Positions 9,121 to 18,940 of a stretch of 64,000 nt of DNA are shown piece after piece. Both the position numbers and the translations under genes were made by a program. The notes beneath the pieces are model-generated. The model was not told where the DNA came from, did no database searches, and saw only the letters and a program-made list of their open reading frames with translations. This DNA is from an uncultured Planctomycetota bacterium (lineage in GTDB: Bacteria; Planctomycetota; PLA2; JAEUHO01), in contig CAVVXN010000005.1 of NCBI GenBank assembly GCA_963752285.1, positions 1,792,001 to 1,856,000 on the forward strand, in the 5' to 3' direction. Numbering within the stretch: the first letter of the stretch is position 1; every line of letters begins with the position of its first letter.

Positions 9121-10095
9121 ATGCGCCGCCGCTCCCTCCTCCCCGAGAGCGTCGTCGGCGGCCTCGTGCTCCTGGGCCTCCGCTCGCTCACGAGAATCCT
9201 CCGCGCCCTTCCGGCGCGCTGGGTCCTCGCGGGGGCGGACGTGGTCGGCCTGCTCCTGTACGCGGTGGACCGCCGGGGCCGGCGCGTCGCGCGCGACAAC
9301 CTGCGCGTGGTCTTCGGCGACCAGCTGTCGCACGCGGAGCGGCTCCGGATCCAGCGCGAGGCCCAGCAGGGTGTGGTGCGCGCGCTCGCCGTGACCCTCC
9401 ACGCCTCGCCCCTCACGGCCGAGCGCGTGCGGCGCTGGGTCGTGGTCCCGCCCGAGACGGAGGGGGTGCTGCGGGGGGCGGCGCGTCACGCGAAGGGCGC
9501 GGTGGTGGTCTCGGCGCACGTCGGGAACTGGGAGATGCTGCTCGGCCTGGCTTCGGTGTTTCGCGACATCGCCACGACGACGTTCCTCTTCGAACCCAAC
9601 CCCACGCCCGGCCTCGACCGGTTCCTCGACTGGCTGCGCGGGACCTCGGGCGGGCGCTCGGCGTCTCGGAAGGGCGGCGCGCGGTCGCTGATGACGCACG
9701 TGCGGAACGGGGGCATCGCGGGCCTCCTCGTGGACCGGAACGTCCGGCGGAGCCAAGGTGGCATCTGGGCCCCCTTCTTCGGGCTGCAGGCGTGCACGTC
9801 TCCGCTGCCCGCTCTCCTCGCGCTGAGGAACCGCACGCAGATCGCGCCGCTCTTCCTCCTGCCCCTCACGGACGGACGCTACCTCGTGGAGCTCGGGCCC
9901 GAGCTCACGCAGGGCGTGGCGACGGGCGATCCCCGGCAAGACATTCTCGAGATCACGGCGCGCCTGAACCGGGTGCTCGAGGCCGTGATCCGGACGTACC
10001 CCGAGGCGTGGAACTGGACCCTCAAGCGCTTCAAGAGCCGCCCGCGGCGCGAGCGCGGGCCCTACCCGTCCTACAGCCTCTGGGATCCCGAGTGA
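9121..10095 (+). CDS. Lipid A late acyltransferase family (LpxL/HtrB-like)
   Basis: SAHVGNWE (HX4E), GLLVDRN, PFFG, IRTYPEAWNWTLKRFK. Confidence 0.88.
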   Translation: MRRRSLLPESVVGGLVLLGLRSLTRILRALPARWVLAGADVVGLLLYAVDRRGRRVARDNLRVVFGDQLSHAERLRIQREAQQGVVRALAVTLHASPLTAERVRRWVVVPPETEGVLRGAARHAKGAVVVSAHVGNWEMLLGLASVFRDIATTTFLFEPNPTPGLDRFLDWLRGTSGGRSASRKGGARSLMTHVRNGGIAGLLVDRNVRRSQGGIWAPFFGLQACTSPLPALLALRNRTQIAPLFLLPLTDGRYLVELGPELTQGVATGDPRQDILEITARLNRVLEAVIRTYPEAWNWTLKRFKSRPRRERGPYPSYSLWDPE

Positions 10096-10140
10096 CCGGA
10101 GACGTGGCTCGGCGCCGGAGATCCGGCGCGGTCACCGCCG

Positions 10141-11673
10141 TCAGCTCCCCTTCTTCCCCTCCTCGAGCGCGCGCTTCACCTCGCCCTCGAGCCAGACGTT
10201 GTCGGGGTCGAGCTCGAGCGCCAGCCCGAGGAGGCGCACGGCCTCGCCGTGGTCCTTCGAGAGCAAGGCACGGCCCTTGCCGGCGTAGAACTCGCTCTCG
10301 AGGGGACCCAGCTCGATGGCCTTGTCGTAGTTGGAGACGGCCTCGTCGGTCTTTCCGTCGCGCTCGAGGAGCTCGCCGTAGGCGTAGTAGGTCATGGGGT
10401 TCGTCGTCCCCCTCTGGATCGCCTCCGAGTAGAGCCTCTTCGCCCGAATGGGCCGGTCCGTGTACTCGGCGGCCTGCGCGGCCTTTTCGAACCCCGCGGC
10501 CGTGACGAACTTCAAGGTGTCCTTCACGTAGGCGTGCCACTCGTTCTCGAAGGCCGTGAACTCCTCCTCCTTCTTGAGCCCCAGAGCCCCGCGGAAGTGG
10601 GCATAGATCTCGTCGCCGTGCACCGTAGCCATGCCGTTCGCGCCGTCGTGCTCCTGCTGGACGCCCTTGCCGGTCGTCAGGTCGCGGACGAAGGCCTCGA
10701 ACCGCTTCCGGTAGCGCTTGTCGCTCATCAAGAAGTGCACGAGCGACCATCCCCACGTGTAGTGCTCGTACATCTCGTCGGTCTTGAGGAGCTTCTCCAG
10801 GCTCATCTCGTTGCCGGCGTCGATGTCGGTCTTGACCTCCGCCAGGCGTCCCTCCAGCACGAGTCCCGTCTCGAACTTCCTCGTCTGGGTGTCGTAGTGA
10901 CTGGCCCCGTAGTACTCGGCGAGCGACTCGCCGGGGAAGTGGGGCATCGAGAAGCTCGTGTTGAGGAGACTCTGCAGGTAGTGGTTCGTCTCGTGGAACA
11001 TCACGTGCTCGGTCAGGTCCGGCTCGAGACGGTCGTAGTAGAAGTCGAGCTCGAGAGGGGCGACGTATCGGAAGTAGCCGAGGACTCCGCCATGGGCGTT
11101 CGCGATCTGGGCAAACTTGTCGCGGTCGGAGTAGAAGCAGACGGGGAGCTTCCCGGGGTCCTTCGGCTGCCGCACCTTCCACGTCTTCGAGAAGTCGTCG
11201 AAGTACGCTTCCATCATGTCGCGATAGTGCTCGAAGACGAACGGTGCGACCGTGTACTGGAACGTGAAGTGCCGCGACTCGTCCTTGTAGGCGAAGCGCC
11301 AGAGCTGGTGCTTCCGAAGCTCTTCCACGGCCTCGCGCCGCGCGGCGATGCGCTTCTGGATCTCCTCGTCGCGCTTGTCCTTCTTGACCCAACGGCCCTG
11401 GTAGCGGACCAGACCCTTCTCGGCCATCAGGCGTTCTTCGTCCGTCTTGGGCGGAGCGTTCGCGTCGGCCTCGAGGATCGCGTCCTCGATCTGGCCGGCG
11501 GGCACGAGCACTTCCCCGTGCTCGAAGACCACCTTCACCCCCGCCTCGACGCGCTCCATCTTCGGCCGCTCGAGGATTCGCCCGTCCTGCAGGATCAACA
11601 CGTCGGCCCGTGCCGGGGCGGCCAGAACCAGGAGCAGCCAGAGGGCCCCAGCTCCGACGGTGACTCGTCGCAT
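10141..11673 (-). CDS. Secreted gluzincin-type (DUF1570-like) metallopeptidase with C-terminal TPR repeats
   Basis: Signal peptide ending ARA-D; HETNH followed by GESLAEYY; TPR-like helices (YYAYGELL...AVSNYDKAIELGP). Confidence 0.7.
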   Translation of the reverse strand: MRRVTVGAGALWLLLVLAAPARADVLILQDGRILERPKMERVEAGVKVVFEHGEVLVPAGQIEDAILEADANAPPKTDEERLMAEKGLVRYQGRWVKKDKRDEEIQKRIAARREAVEELRKHQLWRFAYKDESRHFTFQYTVAPFVFEHYRDMMEAYFDDFSKTWKVRQPKDPGKLPVCFYSDRDKFAQIANAHGGVLGYFRYVAPLELDFYYDRLEPDLTEHVMFHETNHYLQSLLNTSFSMPHFPGESLAEYYGASHYDTQTRKFETGLVLEGRLAEVKTDIDAGNEMSLEKLLKTDEMYEHYTWGWSLVHFLMSDKRYRKRFEAFVRDLTTGKGVQQEHDGANGMATVHGDEIYAHFRGALGLKKEEEFTAFENEWHAYVKDTLKFVTAAGFEKAAQAAEYTDRPIRAKRLYSEAIQRGTTNPMTYYAYGELLERDGKTDEAVSNYDKAIELGPLESEFYAGKGRALLSKDHGEAVRLLGLALELDPDNVWLEGEVKRALEEGKKGS

Positions 11674-11728
11674 CGTCGCTCTCCTCCTCGGACCCGGCGG
11701 CCGCGTCGTCTCGCGGGCGCGGGCCGCG

Positions 11729-13360
11729 TCAGATGCTCTTCTCGTACTCGTCGGCGAGTCGCTTCCAGTCCTTGTCGGACCAGTCCTTGAACGTGCGCTC
11801 GAAGACGGCCTCGAGGAAGTGCTTCTCCTTCTCCTCGAAGGCCTTGCTTCGGTTCTTGAAGCGCTCCTCTTCCTCTTCCTCGGTCGCCGGCGGCTTTTCG
11901 GTCTCGGGTTTCGTGGCCTTCTCGGCGGCCAGCTCCTCGTCCAGGACGGCGCGGAGGTTCACGAGGTAGGTCTTGAGAAAGTCCTTCGTACGCTTGCTCC
12001 GGGAAGACAGGAGGAGGCGGATGAACGCGGCGGACTGCTTCACGCGGTTCGGGTTCTCGTAGAACTTCTCCTGCCCCAGGAGGACGAGCTCCTTCGGAGG
12101 GGTCAGCCCGTCCGTCCGGACGGACTCGCGCAGCCCGTCCCGCTCCCAGTCGTCGGGCTTCAACTCGAGAGTCGATCCCTTGGCGCGGGCCGTGCCCAGC
12201 ACCTGTTCCAGCCCGCGCTTGAGCCACCGCGGCATCGCGGAGTAGAGATCCGCGTCGCGATAGGACCACCAGATGTCGAGGAGACGGGAGTTCACGCGCT
12301 CGAACTCGTAGCTCATCGCACCGTTCTGGGCGTCCTTGTGGGTCACGATCTCGAGGTTGAGGCCCCAGCTCGTACCCGACCAGAACGCGTTCTCCTCGTC
12401 CTGGTCCTTGCAGATGCGGATCACGGGACGGGGGACGTACTCGCCGGCGCCGACGAAGTCGAACTCGTCGTCCAGCCATTTCCACACCGCCTCGGCGTGG
12501 GCGACGACCTGCTTCGCGTACTTGTCGTCCGCGTGGTTCAGGACGAGAAAGCGCCCCATCTCCTTCGTCGTCCAGTCGCTCGGCACCGAGGCGGCGAGCT
12601 TCTTGTGCGTCCGCTCCTCGACCTCCTGTCGGTGCTCCTTCCGCTTCTCGGGGGTGAGCTTGCTCTCGTCCACGATCTTCACGGGGTCGCCGGTGATGGC
12701 GGGCGTCAGGCCGCCGTGGGTGCGCTGGATCTTGCGGAACGATCGAAGGCACGCGAGGACGTCGGCCTGGAGCTTCGGCCAGGCGCCTTCGAGCACCTCG
12801 AACTCCACCGCCACCTTCACGTCCGGAAGCTCGTACACCCAGGTGACGATGTGCTTGGGTCCGTTCTGGGTGAGCTTCTCGACCTTGATCTCGTACTGGG
12901 TGACGTTCACGCCATCGATCGTGTCGTGCGCTTCGGCGGAGACGTACCAGCCTCCCCCCGAATAGGTCTTGCGCAGATAGTCCTGGTAGTCCTTGTAGGG
13001 GTTGTTGATCTCGACGAAGAGATCGCCCTCCTCGGTGGTCTTCGCATCGACACCGCGCTTCTTCACGACCTCGTCGATGAACGCGATCACGGTCATGACC
13101 GGCTTGTGGTCGGAGGTCCAGTGGTCGTTGGGGTCCGTGTACGTGAACGCGCGCTCCGAGAGGAACTTCGCGACGATCCACTTCTCGTCGGCGCTCATCG
13201 GGACGAGCGTCCAGTCCCGCGGGACGCGGATCTTGTATCCGATGCGGTCGTCCTCGTGATAGGCGCCCGTCGCCGCGATAGCCGCCGCGGCGAACGCGAG
13301 GGCCACCGCGGCGCCTGCCAGGAACGCGTACCGGCCCCGCCTGCTGCCCTGGGTTCCCAT
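11729..13360 (-). CDS. Secreted protein with a degenerate gluzincin-like C-terminal domain
   Basis: Natural-looking sequence begins at ATG 13360 (GGGAGAG upstream) with a signal peptide. MPRWLKRGLEQV resembles PxWLxEGLAEY but there is no HExxH. Confidence 0.7.
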   Translation of the reverse strand: MGTQGSRRGRYAFLAGAAVALAFAAAAIAATGAYHEDDRIGYKIRVPRDWTLVPMSADEKWIVAKFLSERAFTYTDPNDHWTSDHKPVMTVIAFIDEVVKKRGVDAKTTEEGDLFVEINNPYKDYQDYLRKTYSGGGWYVSAEAHDTIDGVNVTQYEIKVEKLTQNGPKHIVTWVYELPDVKVAVEFEVLEGAWPKLQADVLACLRSFRKIQRTHGGLTPAITGDPVKIVDESKLTPEKRKEHRQEVEERTHKKLAASVPSDWTTKEMGRFLVLNHADDKYAKQVVAHAEAVWKWLDDEFDFVGAGEYVPRPVIRICKDQDEENAFWSGTSWGLNLEIVTHKDAQNGAMSYEFERVNSRLLDIWWSYRDADLYSAMPRWLKRGLEQVLGTARAKGSTLELKPDDWERDGLRESVRTDGLTPPKELVLLGQEKFYENPNRVKQSAAFIRLLLSSRSKRTKDFLKTYLVNLRAVLDEELAAEKATKPETEKPPATEEEEEERFKNRSKAFEEKEKHFLEAVFERTFKDWSDKDWKRLADEYEKSI

Positions 13361-13531
13361 GGTGCTCTCCCGATCTGGTCCTTTCGATTCTAGTGTGGGA
13401 CCGCCCGTCGCGTCACCGTGAATGGGCGTGCAGGCACGGATCGCCGCCCGGGCGGGTGGCAGGAATGGCGAGGTGCGGGGGGTAGACTCGGCCTTCCGAC
13501 GTGTTCGAGGAGTACGAGCGTGCGCGCGAGC

Positions 13532-16500
13532 ATGGCTGGGCTGGGGTGTCTCTTCCTCGTGGCGGGCCTCGCGGCGGGTCCCACCGGGGCGGGACCCGAT
13601 CCGAAGGCGGACGTGGCGTCTGCCCATCACGACCTGGCGGTGCGCATCGAGCCCGCGGGGCACCAGATCGAGGCGACGGACCGATTCACGTGGCGCGGCG
13701 CCCGGCCGTCCGACGGGTCGCCGCTGTCGCTGGTGCTGAACGCGGACCTGCGCCTCGAGGCCGGGGAAGCGGGCTGGACGGTGGTGGCGTCCGGGAACGA
13801 ATCCCCGGGCGCCGTTCCCCGCCGCGCGTGGTCCGTCGCGCCGGCGGACGGGAAGTGGCCGTCGGAGGTGGTGGTTCCGCTCCGGTGGTCGGGGCGGATC
13901 CACCGCCCGCCCGCGTCGTCCGGCGAGGAGTACGCGCGTTCCTTCGCGACGAGCCCCGGCACCATCGGAGAGGAGGGCGTCGCGCTGACCGGGGCCTCGG
14001 CGTGGGTCCCGCGCGTCGGGGACGAGTTCCTGACCTTCCGACTGGACGTGGATCTGCCGGCGGGTTGGGACGCCGTGAGCCAGGGCCGCCGAGAGGAAGT
14101 CGATGCAGGGGCAGGCCGACATCGGGTGGCCTGGAACTCCGTGCACCCGATGGAGGAGATCTATCTCGTCGCAAACCGCTTCACGCGCTACACGCGCACG
14201 GCTGGCGCGGTCGTGGCCGAGGCGTACCTCCTCGGGCCCGACGCCGGACTCGCGGGGAAGTACCTGGATGCGACCGCGTCGTATCTCGACATGTACCGGC
14301 GCCTCATCGGGCCGTACCCCTTCGCCAAGTTCGCATTGGTGGAGAACTTCTGGGAGACGGGGTACGGGATGCCCTCGTTCACGCTCCTGGGTCCCCAGGT
14401 GATCCGCCTTCCGTTCATCCTCACCTCGAGCTATCCGCACGAAATTCTGCACAACTGGTGGGGGAACTCGGTCTATGTGGACGCCGCGACCGGGAACTGG
14501 TGCGAGGGTCTGACCGCCTACGAGGCGGACCACCTGATCCGCGAGGGCCAGGGGCGCGGCGCCGAGTACCGGCGCGACACCCTGAAGAAGTACCGGAATT
14601 ACGTGCACGGCGCGCGGGACTTCCCGCTCTCGGAGTTCCTGTCCCGTCACTCGGGGGCCACGGAGGCGATCGGCTACGGCAAGAGCCTCATGGTGTTCCA
14701 CATGATGCGTCGTCGGTTGGGCGACGCGCGGTTCACGAACGCGTTGCAGGCGTTCTACCGGGATCGGATCTGGCACGAAGCGTCGTGGGACGACCTGGCC
14801 CACGCGTTCTCGGCCGCCGCGGGGGAGGACCTCTCGGCGTGGGTCGCGGCCTGGGTGCGACGCGCCGGCGCGCCCGTGCTCTCGGTCGAGGCGCATCCGC
14901 GCGATCGTGGGGTTCGAATCGTGGTCCGACAGACGCAGGCGGAGGAGCCCTGGCCACTCTCGGTGCCCGTCGCGGTGACCGTCGAGGGGCGGGCGGACGC
15001 GGTCGTCTCCGAGGTCTCGATGACCGGTCGCGAGGCGTCGGTGGACCTCGAGCTACCGGGCCGCGCGGTCCGCGTCGACCTCGATCCGGAGTTCGACGTG
15101 TTCCGTCGGCTGGACCTGGCGGAGACGCCAGCGACCCTCTCCGAGCTCTTCGGGGCGGAGAAGGTGTCGATCGTCCTGCCCGCCGAGGGCAAGGATCCGC
15201 TCGCCGCGGCATGGCGGCCGTTCGCGAAGACGTGGGCCACCGGCGCCGGCGGGCAGGTCGAGGTGGTCGTCGAGGACGCCATCCAGGCGCTCCCGGCGGA
15301 TCGGGCCGTGTGGGTCCTCGGCGCGACGAACCGCTGGCGCGAGGCGCTCGCCGACCCGGTGGCGCGCCACGGCGGCTCGTGGACGGACGAGAGGATGGAC
15401 TTCTCGGAGACGCAGGTGGAGCGCGGGCGCCATGCGACGGTGCTCTGCGTCCGGCGACCACAGCACCCCGAGCTGGCCATCGGGTGGGTGTCGGCGGACG
15501 ACCCGGCGGCGCTTCCGGGCCTCGCACGAAAGCTCCCCCACTACGGCAAGTATTCCTGGCTTGCCTTCACCGGCAGCGAGCCAGAGAACGTCGCGAAGGG
15601 CGAGTGGTCGGCGTCTTCCTCACCGATGGTGGTCGCGCTCGAGAAGGACGCCGGTGGGCACGTCCCGGCGCGCGGAGCCCTGCCGGAGAGAGCGCCGCTG
15701 GCGCGGGTGGCGCCCGTCTTCGATGGGGAGACACTGCTCGCGAGCGTGCGTGCCCTCGCGGACCCGACGATGGAGGGACGCGGGGTCGGGACGTCTGGGC
15801 TCGCCAAGGCCGAAGCCTGGGTCGCACACGCTTTCGCCGAGGCCGGGCTCTCACCCGGAGGCGGGGACGGAACCTTCCTTCAAGAATTCGTGGTACCGGA
15901 CGGACCGGACGGGGTGCCCGTGAAGCTCGCGAATGTCGTGGGCGTGATCCCGGGGACCGACCCAGCGCTCCGAGCCGCGCCGGTCGTGCTGGGAGCGCAC
16001 TACGACCATCTGGGCCGGGGGTGGCCCGACGTCCACGGGGGAGACCAGGGGAAGATCCACCCGGGCGCGGACGACAACGCGTCCGGTGTGGCCGTGGTGA
16101 TCGCCGTGGCCCGTTCGCTGGTGAAAGAGGGCCCGCTCCGACGACCCGTGGTGTGCGTAGCGTTCAGCGGTGAGGAGTGGGGCCTCAAAGGTTCGCGCTA
16201 CCTGGTCGCGCATCCGGGCACGCTGGACGTGGACCGCGCGCTCGCGATGGTGAACCTCGACACGGTGGGCCGGCTCGGAGATGCGAAGCTGCTCGTGCTC
16301 GGCACCTCGAGCGCGACGGAGTGGCGCCATGTCGCCATGGGGATCGGGTACACGACCGGCGTCGAGTCGACGTGCGTGCCAGACGATCCGCAGGGGAGTG
16401 ACCAGGTCGCGTTCGCCGAAAATGGGATCCCCGCGGTCCAGCTCTTCACGGGGGCCCACGCCGACTACCACCGGCCGACGGACACCATCGACAAGATCGA

Positions 16501-16897
16501 CGCGGCGGGGCTCGCCAAGGTCGCCACCTGGACGAAGGAGGCCGTGTCGTATCTCGCCAACCGAGACCAACCGCTCACCTCGGCAGGGCCCCGGGCGACC
16601 CCACAGCCCACCGAGCCCCGGACTCCGCGCCGGGCCAGTCTCGGCATCGTGCCCGCCTACGGGGGCGAGGCCCAGGGACCGGGCGTGGCGGTGGAGGATG
16701 TCCTGGCCGGGTCCGCCGCCGCCGAGGCGGGAATCCTCGCCGGAGACGTGCTGCTGGCGCTCGACGGCCAGTCGATCCCAGACCTGAAGGCGCTGAGCGA
16801 CGCACTGAGGCGTCACGCACCGGGCGATCGCGTCCGCGTGACGCTCGCGCGGAAGGGCGAGGAGATCGAGCTCGCCGCGACCCTCAAGGCGAGATGA
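13532..16897 (+). CDS. Secreted multidomain peptidase: M1-like aminopeptidase + M28 peptidase + PDZ
   Basis: GYGMP, HEILHNWWGN...WCEG (HExxH-x18-E); GAHYDHLG, GADDNASG, FSGEEWG, NLDTVGR, DYHRPTD; C-terminal LGIVP...AAEAGILAGDVL PDZ. Start codon approximate. Confidence 0.88.
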   Translation: MAGLGCLFLVAGLAAGPTGAGPDPKADVASAHHDLAVRIEPAGHQIEATDRFTWRGARPSDGSPLSLVLNADLRLEAGEAGWTVVASGNESPGAVPRRAWSVAPADGKWPSEVVVPLRWSGRIHRPPASSGEEYARSFATSPGTIGEEGVALTGASAWVPRVGDEFLTFRLDVDLPAGWDAVSQGRREEVDAGAGRHRVAWNSVHPMEEIYLVANRFTRYTRTAGAVVAEAYLLGPDAGLAGKYLDATASYLDMYRRLIGPYPFAKFALVENFWETGYGMPSFTLLGPQVIRLPFILTSSYPHEILHNWWGNSVYVDAATGNWCEGLTAYEADHLIREGQGRGAEYRRDTLKKYRNYVHGARDFPLSEFLSRHSGATEAIGYGKSLMVFHMMRRRLGDARFTNALQAFYRDRIWHEASWDDLAHAFSAAAGEDLSAWVAAWVRRAGAPVLSVEAHPRDRGVRIVVRQTQAEEPWPLSVPVAVTVEGRADAVVSEVSMTGREASVDLELPGRAVRVDLDPEFDVFRRLDLAETPATLSELFGAEKVSIVLPAEGKDPLAAAWRPFAKTWATGAGGQVEVVVEDAIQALPADRAVWVLGATNRWREALADPVARHGGSWTDERMDFSETQVERGRHATVLCVRRPQHPELAIGWVSADDPAALPGLARKLPHYGKYSWLAFTGSEPENVAKGEWSASSSPMVVALEKDAGGHVPARGALPERAPLARVAPVFDGETLLASVRALADPTMEGRGVGTSGLAKAEAWVAHAFAEAGLSPGGGDGTFLQEFVVPDGPDGVPVKLANVVGVIPGTDPALRAAPVVLGAHYDHLGRGWPDVHGGDQGKIHPGADDNASGVAVVIAVARSLVKEGPLRRPVVCVAFSGEEWGLKGSRYLVAHPGTLDVDRALAMVNLDTVGRLGDAKLLVLGTSSATEWRHVAMGIGYTTGVESTCVPDDPQGSDQVAFAENGIPAVQLFTGAHADYHRPTDTIDKIDAAGLAKVATWTKEAVSYLANRDQPLTSAGPRATPQPTEPRTPRRASLGIVPAYGGEAQGPGVAVEDVLAGSAAAEAGILAGDVLLALDGQSIPDLKALSDALRRHAPGDRVRVTLARKGEEIELAATLKAR

Positions 16898-16909
16898 CAC
16901 GCACGTCCA

Positions 16910-17713
16910 TCACGTGTGCGGAGCAAGGCTCTCGAGGATTCGAGGCACGGCCTCACCGAAGATCGACCGCAACTCGGCCTCGTGGACGGCACCGGCCGCG
17001 GGGCCCTCGTCCCTCAGCCGGCGCCCGAGGACGAACGCAGGCGTGAGCGGCCCGCCCCGGCCGATCTCACGAGCGAGGGCCTTCCCCTTCGGCAGGATCA
17101 GGCCGTCCCGCCAGTAGGCGAGTGACCGCGCCGCCCAGTGGAGCATCCCGGCCATCCAGACGGAGGACGGGCGCGCCGAGAGCTCCAACCGGTCGAGATC
17201 GTGACGGAGCTGTGCGCGCAGAGCTCGATCGGAAGGAGGGGCCACGGTGAGCCGCGGACCGAGGATGCGGATCCCGTGGAGCGCGAGGAGAAGCCGGTCG
17301 AACGGCTCGAGGCCCGCGTCTGCCACCTCCACGACGCCCATCGCCCCCAGCTGCCAGCCGCGCCCGCGCCCGTCGGCGCCACGGAGCAGGTCGGCGCTGA
17401 CACACATCCCCTCGACGAGCTGCGGAGACGACCACCCGGACTCGTGGTGGACGACGAACCGCTCGTAGAGCTCCACTTGCGCCAGCGCGAGGGCCTCGAC
17501 CTCCGCGGGCACGAGTCCACGGGTGAGCGCCACGCCGACGTCCACGTCACTCCAGCGGGGCGCGAACTCGCCGAGCGCAACGCCGCCGTAGAGGCGCACG
17601 CCGTACAGCGCGTCGCCCACGACTTCGCGGAGACGATCCACCCACGCCCGCAGGACGGCGCCCACGCTCGGCGGGAGGCTGGGATCTGCCATCTCTCCGA
17701 CGGGATCGTTCAT
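16910..17713 (-). CDS. Pol-beta superfamily nucleotidyltransferase (AadA/DUF4111-like architecture)
   Basis: LYGGVALGEFAPRWSDVDV NTase motif followed by a helical domain (ILPKGKAL). ATG 17713 overlaps the HNH gene stop (ATGA). Confidence 0.7.
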   Translation of the reverse strand: MNDPVGEMADPSLPPSVGAVLRAWVDRLREVVGDALYGVRLYGGVALGEFAPRWSDVDVGVALTRGLVPAEVEALALAQVELYERFVVHHESGWSSPQLVEGMCVSADLLRGADGRGRGWQLGAMGVVEVADAGLEPFDRLLLALHGIRILGPRLTVAPPSDRALRAQLRHDLDRLELSARPSSVWMAGMLHWAARSLAYWRDGLILPKGKALAREIGRGGPLTPAFVLGRRLRDEGPAAGAVHEAELRSIFGEAVPRILESLAPHT

Positions 17714-18930
17714 GGGACCCGCGACGCCCGGGCCCGACGCGCATCCGGGCGACGTCCCCCGAACGCGTGCGCACGCGCGCGGTCGCGAACGAGTCCCGTG
17801 CCGCGGATCTCGTCGTGCCGGGCCGCATCCGGGTCGTCCACGGGCTCGCACTTCGAGCCGATGGGGCCCACGGAACGATCCGAGAGCGCCTGCCCGCCCG
17901 CCGGCGCGGGCGCCTCGGGGCGGGTCTGCGCGGGAAGCGGAAGCCAGCTCGCGGGCGCATCGGGGTGAAGGACTTCTCCGCGATCCGTCTGGTAGACGAG
18001 ACGACCCTCCGGGGTCCTTCCGATCACCGAGAGCTTGCCGGCGTCCTGGAGCACGTGGTGAGGGAAGCAGGGCTGTCCGAGGTTCTCGACCTCCTGCGAC
18101 CCGCCCTCGCGGAATGGCACGGTGTGCGCGATCTGCAGCCAGATCCCGTTCGTGCACCCCGGGACGCTGCAGCGATCACCGTAGAGCCCCCGGATCTCAC
18201 GCCGCGTCGCGGCCGAGACCGTCCGGTTCGGCGGCCACCGCTCGAACACGGGCAGCCGACGGGTCCCCGTTCCTTGCTTCGAGCGCAGAGGGTCTTTCTC
18301 GGCCAGATAGAGGGTGAGCACCGCCTCCAACGTGGCTTCACGCGAGAGCATCATTCGCGCCCGCCGAGAGGCGACGACCTGCGCCCGCTCGAACGAGTAC
18401 ACGAGCTCGGGCCGCAGGTAGAAGGTCATTCCTCGCAGGGCTGGAGTCCGCTGCTCGATCTCTGCCACCCGCTCGCGTGCCTCGTCCTCGAGGCGAGTCG
18501 GCGGGGCCTTCACCGCCCGCTCCACCCAGTCGGTCTTCGCGTCGGCACCGTTCATCCGGAGGAACACCCGCCCCGACGTGGCGGCGCCCTCGAACGTCAG
18601 CTTCCCCCCACGGAGAAGCGGCTCGACACGCTCGTCCACCGCGAGGGCCACGCCCACGTGGAGGAGGGCGCGGGCGCGACGGCGGTCCAGACCGAGCCGC
18701 CGCCCGTACTCCTCCAGGGTCACGCAGCTCTCCGCCGTGTAGGCGCGCTTCCGCCACAGGTCGAGGAACCGGCGCGCGAGACGGATCTCACAATCGAGCA
18801 GGTTCGCGGCCTCCTGCCGCGCGGCCGCGAGGCCGGGCCCATCCTCCGTCATCCGCACGACCCGACGGTCCGCGCGGATCTCTCGCGGCGGCGCGGGCGG
18901 CAGGTCCGGCGGGAGCGTGCGATCGATCAT
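17710..18930 (-). CDS. HNH endonuclease domain protein with long helical N-terminus (DUF222/13E12-like)
   Basis: DRCSVPGC...IAHTVPFREGGSQEVENLGQPCFPHH near the C-terminus. Confidence 0.8.
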   Translation of the reverse strand: MIDRTLPPDLPPAPPREIRADRRVVRMTEDGPGLAAARQEAANLLDCEIRLARRFLDLWRKRAYTAESCVTLEEYGRRLGLDRRRARALLHVGVALAVDERVEPLLRGGKLTFEGAATSGRVFLRMNGADAKTDWVERAVKAPPTRLEDEARERVAEIEQRTPALRGMTFYLRPELVYSFERAQVVASRRARMMLSREATLEAVLTLYLAEKDPLRSKQGTGTRRLPVFERWPPNRTVSAATRREIRGLYGDRCSVPGCTNGIWLQIAHTVPFREGGSQEVENLGQPCFPHHVLQDAGKLSVIGRTPEGRLVYQTDRGEVLHPDAPASWLPLPAQTRPEAPAPAGGQALSDRSVGPIGSKCEPVDDPDAARHDEIRGTGLVRDRARAHAFGGRRPDARRARASRVP

Positions 18931-18940
18931 CTCGAACTAC

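Noticed and set aside
16910..17713. Aminoglycoside resistance gene aadA
   Set aside because: Only the generic NTase motif is recognisable, which is too little to assign a substrate
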